A stretch of 64,000 bases of DNA from Vitrella brassicaformis CCMP3155. Its lineage: Eukaryota; Protista; Chromerida. The stretch covers positions 62,001 through 126,000 of the forward strand of contig CDMY01000254.1 in assembly GCA_001179505.1 (NCBI GenBank), in the 5' to 3' direction. The notes under the pieces were generated by a model. The model saw only the letters and a program-made list of their open reading frames with translations. It was not told where the DNA came from and did no database searches. The position numbers and the translations under genes are program-made. Position 1 is the stretch's first letter, and every line of letters begins with the position of its first letter. Positions 23,686-36,651 of the stretch are shown here, piece by piece.

Positions 23686-24818
23686 CTACATCATCTAAGC
23701 AAACATCCGTTTGTACGGAATCGGCTCGATATACGGCGATGTCTCCTGCTCGCCACTCTAGATCTGACTAGAGAGGGCCGGGCAGAAATGGGACCTATGG
23801 GTGGTTGAGAGTGGCTGCTGATCAGCTCGCGTCCATGCGCCCTCTGTGTGGCGCGGCAGATCTCCAACTGTCAGTCGGGCTAGCACAATTCACGATGGTG
23901 AGGGCGTGAGGGGATGATGCGACCCGCATGTTGATGAGCACTCTATGCCGGTGGTTTTGCATCCTGTGTGGTATCTTGGGTCGGATCAGCCGGTGCTTCC
24001 ATTGTCGTCTTGGCCTCGTCGTTGGGTCCCCCTGATTTATTGCAAGTCCATGCAGGATTCAGAGTCGTGTGAAAATACCTTTTTCTGATGTCCGTATCAG
24101 CAACCAGAGAAGGAATGAGGCGATGACAGTGAGAACGACTGTTGCTGACAGTGACGTTTTCATACAGACTGTGGCACATCAGTAACGAAGTGTCTCCGTT
24201 TGGATCCACCTTCACGCACCTAACGCCGCGAGTCTACCAACTCTTCTGGTATGCTCATGTCATTCCTACAACCGTCAACCATGCAATTCAAGTTATTCAA
24301 CTGAATTAACGTCACTGTCCCGATTTGTCGGTTGTAAAAATCGGTGGAAGATTGCTGTAGAAGAATTGCTTCCATTGCAATCCGACTCTGTCAACAACTA
24401 AGCGGTCTCTGTCGACAACGACCCTTCTGTCTCGAATTACGTAATTGATGTGTGACTCATTACTCGAGAGAAAAGAACTCCTACTCGTAAAGAATAAAAA
24501 CCATCGGTTTTACCGAATTACTAAGCTGGGACTTCGAGGCCAAGGTCCATTGTAAAAAACGCGGAAAACCCTGGCGCAAAACTCAACAAGGATTTCAACT
24601 GTCCTGTAGGACATGGTTTCCTTTCCCATTTATCTTCATCAGAACGTTCTCATGGTGTGCTTCTCGCCCTTCTCCGGTCGTTCGCTGCGGAGAAACAATT
24701 TCCTTAGGTCTTTTCTAGCCCATTTCTCGACACGAGACCGGTCCAGATCCACACACGAGCCCCGAACCCCTTTTTTACTGATCGGACCGCCCCTATGCGT
24801 ATGCATTAATGAAAGAAA

Positions 24819-27092
24819 GTGGCGTTTCCCGCTGCTTTTTCTGGGATGTCCAGCTTTGGCAGCCGCAGGATGCCCATTGCGCCAGCGTTGGCGCTCGCTG
24901 TTGCTGCTTCCGTCGTGTTTCTCTTTCGTCTGCGTTCGCTACCGGTCTGGGTCAGTCACTTAATGTGTCCGTCACCTGATGAGATTGCGGTGGCCATACG
25001 AGGCGCAATGGAGCGGACCACCCACGAGACAGAGCGATTGCACCATCCTCTCGATCTGTACAAGAATTTGAGGTGTCTGAGGGCACTCATGCCGAGAGAA
25101 TGGACAGTGTGGGAATCTGCGCCGTACTACGGTGCGAATGTTTCGGTTCGCTCGACAAGCGAGGCGTCCAGAAGGGCAGATGCGTTGTTTCCCGTCAGCT
25201 TCCGTCCAGGGCAATTCAAGCCTTGGCTTGACTTTTTGGATTCGGTGCTTGCCGATGTTAGCCTGTCCTTTGCTGACGACAATGCCTTTCTCGAGAGGCA
25301 CGGGGCTTTTGGTGTCATTGAGGGGTACTGCCGTCATGGCTACTTCAAATACGGTAAAACCCATGACTTTCTCGGGTGCATTTGCGTGATGGTCACATGT
25401 CCACCCCTATGGATTGGCGATTTATTTATCGTGCAGGACAGTTCTGCACGGAGTACTGGATCCCCTTTCTCTTGCAGACACTTCGTATAGCCGGCAAGAA
25501 AGTGGTCACCGACTGCGACAAAGCTGACTTTATAGTGTCTTGGTATTTTCAGAAGGTAAAGAAGAATAAGCGGCTTATTGATGCAGTCAAATGGGATGAT
25601 AAGTTTTACTACTTATGCTCCTCTAACGTCCCTAGATGCTGAGAAAGAACAAGGTAATAAGGTAGGCTGCCGTGTATTTCTTATTCGCCTTTCGTACAGG
25701 TGTTTCGCCCTGGTGCCATGTGGAGGGGTGTAAGCTCTTCCAATCCACAGGGGCATCGCCAATTTCTGCAACGATGGCCAGAAAATTGCGAAAGAAGTTC
25801 GTTAATGAGCCGTCTCGTTTCTGGTTTATTCTAAGCAGTGGCCAGATCAAGTAAGTCTTACTGTTCAGCTCAGGCACCCACCTAGAAGTATATTTGGCAT
25901 CTGATCAAGTTTTGGTGCTTGAAGGCTCTACGTCAACAAAGCCTTCATGCACCTGACGCCGCGAGTCTCGAAATTTGCAGTGGAGGGCACCAACAAGGAT
26001 ATCCGGTTCTCACGAAGCAACGCGGTACTTGCGGTACTTGTCCCCATAGTAAGTCTGTTTGCGTGTGTGTGTGGCTGCAGATCATAATCCCCGGCTACGT
26101 GCAACTTGCAGAGAGACAGCGAATTATTGGGATGACAGATCATACGCCCCTAAACGATTCCAACAATGCCAGTTCAGTTCGTCGACCCCTTCTGTTTGTC
26201 TACTGTGGGCACTTCCGGAGGAACGAGGAGAGGAGGTATTTGAAGAAACTTATCGAGTTGAAGCAAATCAGACAAGATGGCCAGAAGGTGTATGTGGGCC
26301 ACTGCAAGGTGGGGGCGTGGCAATACACTGCATGAGAAAGCGAGGCGCGAAGAGCCGAGCATCACAAGCCATGCAAAGGCGCACAATGGACTGTCATGCA
26401 GATAAAAGACTTTGTTACGCGGCTGGTCTCAAGCAAATACTGCGGCACTCCTCGCGGAAACACTCCCTGGACCTCGCGGTTTTACAAGAGCCTCGTGGCC
26501 CTCTGTGTGCCCGTGCTATTCTCGCGCTCCTTCCTCCTGCCCTTCCGGCACCTGAGTGAGTCAACGGATAAAGGCATCAAGGGGACCTGGTTTTTATGTC
26601 CGTTTTGCGTTTAGTTCCGTGGCACAGGTGGGATTTCCCATTCAAATGCACACACAAGCGGCCACCACACACGGCTGGTATAGTCGCGTTCATGATTAAG
26701 CAACTGTTGTGTGGTGTCTCACCTGGGCAGAGTCGTGGTGTATCGCGAGATGAAGAGAAGCGACGGAAGTATCAAAAAAGCGCATGAGTTTTGGTCTGAC
26801 CTTGTCCAGAGAGAGCATGAGCTTCACGAAAGGCGGCAATGGATGAGGTCAACTAGTCTCCAATACATCCTTACACTCACAGTAATACTTACATTTGTGG
26901 CTGCCTTTGTGTTTGTGCAGAACCATACGGCCGTACATTGTGCCCTCGTGCAGACCAGATGATTGTTCTGCAGCCAAACCGTACAGTTCCCTACTTGTAC
27001 TCGAGCTCAGATTGCTGAAGTTGCAAATGTTTTTAAGGGTCCCCATGGAAAACTTGATGACTTTTCTAATGCATCTATTCTTGAGAACTTGA
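24819..27092 (+). CDS. Exostosin-family (GT47) glycosyltransferase, type II membrane; 3' end approximate
   Basis: Anchor PALALAVAASVVFLF. Exons GQFCTEYWI, CDKADFIVSWY and IIIPGYV, plus the hallmark SSKYCGTPRGNTPWTSRFYKSLVALCVPVLFSRSFLLPF. Confidence 0.8.
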
Positions 27093-27100
27093 CTCATGGT

Positions 27101-29872
27101 TCAGTCGTCGGCTATTCGGTAGGCGGCCGGGAGGCGCGTCCTCAGCACTCCCTCCATCGAGTCACGAACTACCTCAACCCTGTCAGTTCTCTGCCTTTCT
27201 ACGATGTCTTTCTCTCCCGGCCTCACTTGGGCCTCGCTATCTCGATTCCACGCCCTTCTCACTGCACTCCCCTGTTCCCTCTCTGTGTCTGCATCTCTAT
27301 TCCGAAACACGGGCTTCTCCCCCCGTCTGCTCTCCTCTGCCATGAAAGACTGAAGCTTCTCCTCGTAGCCTTGTACTCGCAGCGGTCGAATGTCGATGCC
27401 TAACATTTTCCTCCACGCTAGCAGGCTGCGGACCTCAAAGCTATCACCGATGATGACCGCGGTGCCACCCGCCCCCTGACGTCCCGTTCGGCCTGATCGA
27501 CGCAAGACAGCACAACACTTTCTCTGTCATCATCTGCCAATATCTATTGGTACCTCCTACCCGCGAGGTGCTGGTACTCATCTGGTGTGCGAGGCCTTCC
27601 CAGCACGAACACCATGTCGACCTGCACGATTCCAAATGGCACATTGCCAGTTGTGTACTCTTTTGCATCGTTCTCCGTCCATGCTTCACCTGGTTGAAGT
27701 GCAGCCCTCGCGCCCCATCCATCGACGCGACCAAGAGAGGCGGAGATGAGTTTTTGTCGACAACCGTATTGTCAATCCTCTCCTGAAGCGCTGCATCAGG
27801 GACAGCTTCCTCACCGTCTTGCTTCTTGAATCGGCCCTTGAGCTCCTGGTGCTTGGCCAGCGCCTCCTGTGAAGTCTTGACGCGAAGGTCCCTCGTCTTC
27901 TTCTTGAAGCCGCTGTGGAAGCCGAGTGCCTCGTGCAGGGGCATGGTGTCCTGAATAGGCCAACACGCATTCGTCGGGATCGCTTCACGGTTGGCCCGTA
28001 TCCTACCTGAAACCCCTGTGTCTTCAGGAAGTGAGTCAGGGACCGCACAGAGTGATGGGGTGCGAGGAATATCAGGGGCCTGGAGGGCTTGAGCGTCCTC
28101 AATGCCGCAACCAACCCGTTTACCTTCGCACCTGGAGAGCAGACACTACACTCGTGCTGTTTTATCCGTGGATGTCTCTTTCCTGTCTGCTGTGCATACC
28201 CAGAGTGTTGTTGGTGAGCGGGAGGAAGAAATGCTCAATGGTGTCGGGTACACCTACAGCGCGAGAGTGCAGATACTCCTCCACCTCGAACGGCCTGAAC
28301 ACATACGGAACAAAGAGCACGATGCACGACCAGGGAGACAAGTCTCTGGTAAGCGCACCGTATGAGTAGTGGCCCCCCCTTGTCCACGTCCCTGACACCC
28401 ATCATGTTAGCCAGCTCGCGACGCAGCGGGCGTCCGATCGTTGCCGACGCCGCTATCAGCTGAACGGACTGACGTAAATGACGAGACGTCTCTAGCACAG
28501 CCTGAATGCACACAGGGACGCACAAGTGCCCAAGTCGTACTACGCTGGGTGGTCTGCCGGTCCGTGTGTAATGTACCTGCGCAATGACGGTCGCAGGTCT
28601 TGGGTGCTTCTTGCGGACCTCTTTGTCGCGCAAAGTGGCATAGCGACCTGTGAACAGAACAGAGACACACCTGCGTCCCTGCATTGTGGGTTTCCTCGTC
28701 CTCAGCACCACCTACCCAGTGGTGACACCAGTCTGTCCACTTCATCCATGATGAGGTGCCTGACGTTTTGTAGCAACCGGTGCGGCTTCACACGCGCTAG
28801 GTGATGATGCTGGGAAGACGCAGTGGAGTCGTAGCGGAGAGCGCGCAGGAGCGACGTGGCGGTGCCAACAACATACGGACAGGACGTCCTGACAGGACAA
28901 CCAAACGGCTGTATTGGAGACCCGGCATCTGCGGATGCGGCTCACCTCAGAAGCGTTCGCTCAAGGGGCAGATTCTCGTCGTCGATCACCAGATGCACGA
29001 GATCTGGCCGTTGAAGTGGATCATTTGATCGACTGCCCGTCAAGGCACCCTCAAGTTCCAATATCTGAACACAAAACACAGTCACATGTCCCGTGATGCA
29101 AGAGCCCGTGTATTAGGCTAACCTCTTGTGCAAGCTGGATGGCCAGCTCTCGTGTAGGAGCGATGACGAGCGTCTCCATGGGAGCCCGCTCCCTCGCCGC
29201 CCCTCTTGCCCGCCTCGCTTGAGCCAGTCTCCTGACCATGAGGGGCAGGAGGAACGCCAGTGTCTTGCCCGACCCCGTCTCGCTGTGGAGCAACACATCC
29301 TCTCCAGAGAGTATGAGGTCCATAGAGGCCCGCTGGATGGCAGTCGGTGAATGGATGTTGCGGCCTCTCAAAACAGAGGCGACGGGACCCGGCAGCTCCA
29401 GTGAGCCGAACGACATAGGCCGACCGTCTTGTTTGTTGTGAGGTTGGGGACGCGTCGGGATCGGAACGGCGGGGGGCTCTGAGTGCGGCTGCGAGACCCC
29501 AGGTAGTGGCGAGGTCTCCATCTCCGTTCTTCTCAGGTCCGCCAGTCGATGTTCGAAGGTCTTCTTGCGTCGCTGCCGCTCGCGCCAGGTGACAGGAGGC
29601 GTTGCAACAGAGGTGCTGCTGCTGCTGGACATGAATACTCCTGATCTCCTGACATGCCGACAGTCAGTGCTGGCTGCTGACGGAAAGCCGTCGGCGAGAG
29701 GCCAATTGGGGGAGGTTGGCAGAGTGAAGGCGTGTGTACGGCTGAGGGGAGCCATAGCACACGCAAGTGCAGTGAGGCAGCGGGAGGAGCGCCATCTCTG
29801 CCGGGGCGCATGAGATGCACAAGTATGTCGCTGATCCACGCTGTCTGCGGTCGTTGCAGCGTCTGATTCCAT
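27101..29872 (-). CDS. DEAD-box RNA helicase with probable bipartite (plastid) leader
   Basis: Q motif PTAIQ, motif I SETGSGKT, Ia APTRELA, II LIMDEVD, III SAT and VI YQHLAG|RTGRQG. N-terminus CLTALACAMAPLSRTHA-FTLP followed by a Ser/Arg-rich stretch. Confidence 0.88.
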
Positions 29873-30017
29873 GCCGTGTTGGACTCGTAGATCAGAAGTC
29901 TGATCACGTGCTTCCGATTTTTGCGAGCTCAAGTAGCAGATCTCCCTCCCCTGGGATTACGCGTGCACGTCGGGTTCGGCGGTGGTTGGGTACTTGGAGG
30001 AACAGAAGATCGACACA

Positions 30018-32005
30018 ATGGTGCCAACCAACGGCCAGCTGTTCATGCTGGCGAACGGCATTCTCGGTGGGTTGGTGGTGCTGACGAACTTCGTGCTGCT
30101 GCCAATCATCCTGCAGATGATCCTCTACGCTGCCACCATCATCTACATCGGAAGCCACCTCTCGCTCAAACTCAAAGAGGTGCGGCGCGACACGTGTACC
30201 ACAGATCTGCCACGTGTGTGTCTGTGAGCACAATTCTCTGGTGCCTGTAGACTGACCCAGTCACTGGCGAGAAGCAGATGGGAGAGTCGATGAGCCAGAA
30301 GGATGCCATGATGTTCCCAATCATCGGATCGGTGTCCCTCGTCACTCTGTACAACACGCCAGACAGCAGACACGTGCCAGCACCGACTGCAACTTCGTTT
30401 GTCGGTTGCTTCTCAGGTACGTTTTTTACAAGTTTCTGTCGCCGTACTGGGTGAACCTGCTGCTGACGACATACCTGTCCATCCTGGGCATCGCAGCGCT
30501 CGCAGCCACCATCTCGCCGGTTCTCGAAAGGGTGAGTACCAATGAAGGATGTGTCTGTCGTCTGCGCCTTGCGTCATGTCGTTGGCTTGCGTTGGCTTTC
30601 CGGCCTTGTCTTGCAGGTGGTGCCCATCCCTGCAAAAGTGTTGGACCGCAAGTTCCACATCACCTTTCAGCTGCCGGGCCCGCTGAAGCGAAAAGAGGGT
30701 GAAGAGCACCCGAGGGAGGGACACATGTGACTTGTAGAGTCATTCCTGATTTCAGGTCCGCATGACTTCCGTTTCACCGTGTTGGACATCGTGAGTCACG
30801 TGGTGTCGCTGCTGGTGGCCATCGCATGGCTGGTCACCAAACACTGGTGCCTGCACAACATATTCGCCATCGCATTCTCCATACAGGCAAGCTAGGCCAA
30901 GTCGTGCACCCGTGTGACTGTGCCCGTCCACGTGTCTGGGCTGCGTTGTCTGTCTGTCTGTCTGTCTTTGAGTACAGATGATCTCTCTCGTATCACTGGG
31001 GAGATTCCAAGTCGCATTCATTCTGTTGGTAATGACACTATGGACGAAGCACTTCTTGCAAAGCACGAGTATGATTGTGTCGAGTCCCTCCTCTGGTCCC
31101 CCAGAGTGGTCTGTTTATTTATGACATCTTCTGGGTCTTCGGAACCGACGTCATGGTCACTGTCGCTAAAGTGAGAACACTCAGGAGCCACACATGAGCG
31201 TTTGTCATCTGCACATCTGTCTGTGGGTATGTCAGTCGTTCGAGGGCCCGGCTAAGCTTGTTTTCCCGGTGTCGTTTGACCCGTGGAAGCAGTCCATCCT
31301 GGGCCTTGGGGACATCGTCATACCGGGGATATTCATAGCCATGTGCCTCAGGTGCGCGTCGCACCCCCACGAACCGACCAATGCACGCGATTGTCTGGAC
31401 GGTTCATTGAACAGATTTGACCAGCATCTGTTTGAGGAGGGTCTGGAGGGGGCTCCGGTCAAGAAAAAGGACGACGTCATAGACATACACCAGGTACCAT
31501 TTTTCAGCATGGAGCACGCCGCGTGTGTGTGATGGCGTTTCTTTGTGCGTCATATAGGGTTTCCACAAGGTCTACTTCACCAGCGCCATGGTTGCTTACT
31601 GTCTGGGTCTGGCAACCACTGGGGCGGTCATGTTCGTCTTCCAGGTGAGACGACGAGCCGAAGACGACAGGGAGAACGCATTGACGTCTAGTGTGCTTGT
31701 GTTTGCAGCACGCCCAGCCAGCTCTCCTTTATCTGGTGCCGTTCTGTCTTGGCGCTCTGCTCCTCACCGCAGTCATTAGACGAGAGTGGTCGCACGTGTA
31801 AGCACCCCACAGATAAGCGGACGCAGGCAGTGGTTTCGAGCTGTGTATTTGTGACGCCGTCCGTGGTGGCTGGTGCAGGTGGACATACAAAGAGGAAGAG
31901 GACAACAAGGATGATAAGAAGGAGGCCACCGATGCCGACACAGCTGCTGAGGGCACACAAGATGACAACGACGAGTCGTCCATGGAGAGCAAGAAGAGCC
32001 AGTAG
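30018..32005 (+). CDS. SPP: Signal peptide peptidase (GxGD aspartyl intramembrane protease)
   Basis: Motifs LFIYDIFWVFGTDVMVTVAK, SILGLGDIVIPG and HAQPALLYLVP; multiple TM exons; acidic tail ending MESKKSQ*. Confidence 0.95.
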
Positions 32006-32108
32006 CTCAGCCTGTGTGACCAATGTGAATTTGTGTAGGCGCATGCTAATTAATGTGTGCTGACGGTCTGTTGGGCCTGTTGGTTGTTGCTGACGGTCTG
32101 ATTTTAAT

Positions 32109-33955
32109 TCATCGCCAAACATAACCCATGTCCACGTCTCTGGCGTGCGCAGCATACCGGCACAGATGGCACGCGCTGTGGGGGCTGTTGAGCTCCAACA
32201 ACTCGTAGAAGGCCCGAGAGGGGCCGACCTGATGCGAGAAAATAGCGCAGCTTCTCATGCTTTCCTTCCTGTACCCTTTTCCATTCCAGATATTCGTCGT
32301 ATTCATCGTCATGATTGTTGAGGTAGGACAGATAGTCGGCCAAGGCCTGTGAACAGAATCGAGGCTGCCTTCCTCTGTCCTGTCGATTTGTCCTGTCAAT
32401 GCAGGCCCGTCTGTACCTTGGGCGATGCGAAGTCTTCCGCGACGACGTAGCTGTGCGGATGGGGGGCGAAGAGGTGGTAGTTGTTCTTTCGCGACTTGAC
32501 GATGGGCACGGTGCCGGCAGCCAGCGCAATCCCAAACTTCTCGGTGACGTAGTCAGGCGTGTCACTGTTCTCGAGCGCCAGATGGAACTTGAATGTCCTG
32601 ATGAGCTCCATCTTCTCACGACAGTTGCGCAGCACGTCCTGCAGTGACCTGTTCCTTTTCCGCATTCTTTCGTGTGAGTCGGGCATTGGCTCGTCCATGT
32701 AGTCGCTCGCTTTCGCATTGTTGAGGCACTGGCCGAACGAATGGATGAACACGTGCTTGCCCAGCTCTTTCATGTATCTCAGGCGACCATTCCTTTCACG
32801 CGAACAAGACAGAAAAATCTCTGCCTTGCGTTGGGTGTTTTTCTCTGTATCTCACTTGTCTTTCTTTCCGCAGTTTGACACGACGAGGCTGACAAGACGA
32901 TCCTTCCTCTTGGCCCGTGGAGGCGTCATCCAGTGGAAGCTGAATATAGTCAGAGGTCACAAGAAAGAGACGATCATTGAGTTTTGGCTAACTCCAGAAA
33001 TGTCTCAGGGTTCAGTCGGTCGTGTCCCAGGTAGATTCTCGGCACGTCGCTGTCGAGATGATACGTGGCCTTCAGGTCGAATTTCCTGTCTCAAACGAAG
33101 GGAAGCAATCATGTTTATTGCCATGCCGTTAGCCTCTGCTTACTTGAGATATTCCGGCCGGCTTAGGTCTGGAAACAGAGTGGAAGGCTCCATCGAACTC
33201 AGTGCAAAGTGCTGAGCAAAATTACTTAGAAGGTTACAGACTGTCTACAGATCTTCTCACCTGGTGTGACTTTTTTGCACCCTGCGCAACGAGAGTGTCG
33301 ACTTCAGAGCCTTGATTGAACGAAAACAACACTAAATCGGCTGTCCCATTCCACAAAAACTGCCTGCAGCGAACACCCCTTCATATTATTCTTGCCAGTT
33401 CTTTCCACCTGACCTTTCTTTGGTGAGGTGGCAGGGCACGTCACACGGCATCCGTCTATCCTCGAGATAGCTCCCTATCCCCCGCCTTGTTCCCCATTCC
33501 AACAGCCACACAGGACGTGACTCAGTCACCGTGTAAAACTCCCATGATTTTTTACTGCTCAAACCGCTGAGCGGCGGCGGCCTTTCCCCGGCAGCGATAG
33601 CCTTGGCATCGCTGCACTTGTATCGGTAATCAAAGTAGTCGACCCACCGATGACGGCGAGGCCGGCGAGGATCACTCGGATCCAGGCGGTTCACCTTCGA
33701 ACGGCCTGGCAAAGCGGGAAGTGTCGGTTGCTGACCATGGACGAAAGGCAATGGATGAAACGGACGGGGAAGGTGTCGCGAACACTCAGGCAGGCGGTCC
33801 TCCCTTAATAGGTCTTGTCTAAGCTGGCGGTACCGCAACGACGGGTAGATCCGTAGAAGATGAGCAGAAAAGGGGATAAGCAGCGACGCAATCAGAGCCG
33901 CGACCAAAAGGACTGCCGGAGGAGGAGCTCCGCGCATTTTCGAGGGTAAGGGCAT
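32109..33955 (-). CDS. Alpha-1,3/4-fucosyltransferase (GT10), type II membrane
   Basis: Anchor PPPAVLLVAALIASLLIPF. Exons LSSMEP, ATYHLDSDVP, LVVSNC and HSFGQCLNN, the alpha-1,3 motif FKFHLALENSDTPDYVTEKFGIALAAGTVPIV, and DFASPK|ALADYLSYLNNHDDEYDEYLEWK. Confidence 0.92.
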
Positions 33956-34143
33956 TTTGTGCTTCTTTCCAAACACAATTTGGAAGGAAAGAGTTTGCGT
34001 AAACTGAAAGTGTTCCGGTCCATGGGTTCCGGGCGGGAAGCGAGCGCATTGTATGCATGCACATTGTTTACACACAGCGCACATATGCACAAGTGCGATG
34101 AGACATTACAGCATGCATTTGGGTCTGTACAAGAGGGACACAT

Positions 34144-36551
34144 TCACTCAATATCATTGTTTGGATCGTTGAGACGACGATGAGACAGGACGTTCGTATT
34201 GCCCAGCCAGCCACCACTCTCTGAGATCCTTGAGCTGCTCTTGGTGCTGGTCGGCCACTTGCTCGGTGCCGTCCCAGCAGAAGCTGCAACGACGCCTGGA
34301 ACGGACGTTGAATTAAAACACGTGATGTCACACGAGATTTCTTCCCACCTTAGCGGCCCCCTCATTCCGCTCTTCTGTCTGCGTTGTCGTCCTGCTGTCC
34401 TGAAGCTGCTCTCCTCCATACATGTGCACGCTCTGTCGGGGAGGTCCACGTCTCTGGACGCTGTCGCTGATGTTAGGTCACGGTAGGCCAGGAGCACAGC
34501 ATGCCAGTACTCTCGCAGCGCCGACGCAGACATATATTCGCGGAAGAACGACAAGGCGTTATCTGAAACGCATGGCCGCAATGTGCCGCCTGTCAAAGCA
34601 GTACAGATTACCTGCCAGGCGCTTGGCCTCATGGTCGTTGTCTCGCAGCCATTCCACCTGCAGGAAAAGACAGACAGAGGGAGGCCGTCCGATGTCCCAC
34701 GTCCTCAGCAATGTGTTACGTACCACTTCGGTGACATTATTTTCGTCGACGATGAGATACTCGTGGCCCGGGCGAGCCGCGGCGTAGAAGAACTCAATGG
34801 CGGGATTCGCCCACCTCAAAACAGTCGCACCTAATGGGGTACGTCATTATACATCATGTCGTCCGGTGTGACTTACGGAAGTGCTGTTTTCGTCTCACCA
34901 AGTCCCATGATGTGTTGCAGGTGTCTAGAGTATGTGTTGGCGAGCTTGCCGGGCATCGACAACACGTATTTGAAGTCCGCAACATGCGAAATGTTTGCTG
35001 AACTGCCAAGGACTTCTCCGCTCGACACGCGAACGAGGTCTTCGTCGCTGAACATGTGCAAATCAGCCTATAAGATAAAAGTTTGCGGACGTTGCACACC
35101 GGTGTCTTGCACTATTTGCCTGCCCACCCATTGTTTGATGACATCGGCGTTTGGCTGCTGTCCGTCCACCCAGGCGACATCGAACACATCTTGCCGACGC
35201 GACGCCGTCAACACCAACTTAGCACGTTCAATGCCACTGAAATACGGACTGAACAACGAATGCGCATGGACAAGCGTGCAGGCAATCCAGAGCCAGACGT
35301 TGTTTTTACCCGCATGTTCCCCGGTAGAATGCCTTGGTCGTTCTCCTTTGCCATGGGTGCGACACGGCGAGCCGCATCAGCTCCTCCGCCCTGTCGCCCC
35401 ACAGAGGCTGCATGATGTATCGCTGGCCCTCGGTAGTGTTAGACGCAGACGTGAGAGCACCGAAATAGATATTCGGTGTCAAGATGCACCCTGCAGATGA
35501 CAGGCACATGACACGAAATATCTTGTGCATGTCCGGCCTACCTGGCATTTCCTGCATGCGTTTGACTGGGTCATCGCGCGTCGATCGCGTCATGCACAGG
35601 GCGGGGAGGGCCTTCCAGTTGAGGGAGTAGCGCTTCGTGTGCACCTCCTGGTGACGGTGGTAGTGTAGGTGCCCATGAGTCCTCCTCACACGAGCCCGCA
35701 TACGCCTCAGGCTGACCCTGTGACTCGGCCCATGTGCGCTGGTTCGCGTCGCGTTGGTGGCCAGCAGGACTGTGTCAGAGCCCCCTTTGCCAGCATGCTG
35801 CTCATTGTCGGATCTCAGGTAGCAGTTGCGTCCTACGATCGAAAAGCCGATGAACAGAGGCGTTCTGTCCGTCTGGTATCAAGTCGAATACCATCTTGTG
35901 TCGGGTCGAAGAGGAACATCATGTCAGGGAAATCATACTGCAAAACACGCAGACGCATGACCGTCATGTGATGGATCTTATTCATTCAGCTGCCTATGTA
36001 CCTCTTGCACAAGACTTCGCATTGTTTCGTCAAACAGGGTGAACCTGAATATCTGGTTGCCGTAGAAGTCGTGCACCTGACGGCGAGAGTCACTTCGGAG
36101 ACCAGTGGATATGCGTATTCATGTCGCTTCTTCAGTCACCTTAGAGTCAGGCAGATAGTAGATCCCTCCCTACCATGCCCACATTGCACCATCCCCGCAA
36201 CGGGCATGAAGTTGCACGTTGCGCCGTTTGCGTGTACCTTATAGATGTAGACCGCCGCATGCTGACCTGTCCGCGTCCCTGTAAGACAACAGCACGGAGG
36301 CAACAGATCATCCCCTTCTTTCCGTAAATCACCGCAGTATTCCAGGTCATCCTGTGAGATTTCCGCGGATGCAGATGAACGGAATGGGTGGATCTGCTGG
36401 TGAATCTCCTCGTCAAGTACGTGCCTACATCACTCAGTCATATCCATTCCGTCGCGTCCGTTTGTCCTCCCACCTCATTCTTTCCTTACCAGGCCGGATG
36501 GGCAGTGACGAGGCCTAAGCCTATGAATGCAATCGTGAGAAGTCGACTCAT
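34144..36551 (-). CDS. GT90 (CAP10/POGLUT-like) glycosyltransferase with signal peptide
   Basis: MSRLLTIAFIGLGLVTAHPAW|HVLDEEIHQQIHPF. Exons ADFKYVLSMPG...TYSRHL, WANPAIEFFYAAARPGHEYLIV, VEWLRDNDHEAKRLA|DNALSFFREYMSASALREYWHAVLLAY. Confidence 0.75.
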
Positions 36552-36651
36552 AGTGTCATATGGATGGATCTTTAGTGCCTCGAAAAACCCTTTCCTAGGG
36601 TTTGGGTTGCGACGGCGACTTCCTCCCTTCCATCCCCCATCCTTGGCGAAA

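Noticed and set aside
23943-24215. 90-aa minus-strand ORF
   Set aside because: Non-ATG start, no recognisable motif, and it lies in a divergent intergenic region.
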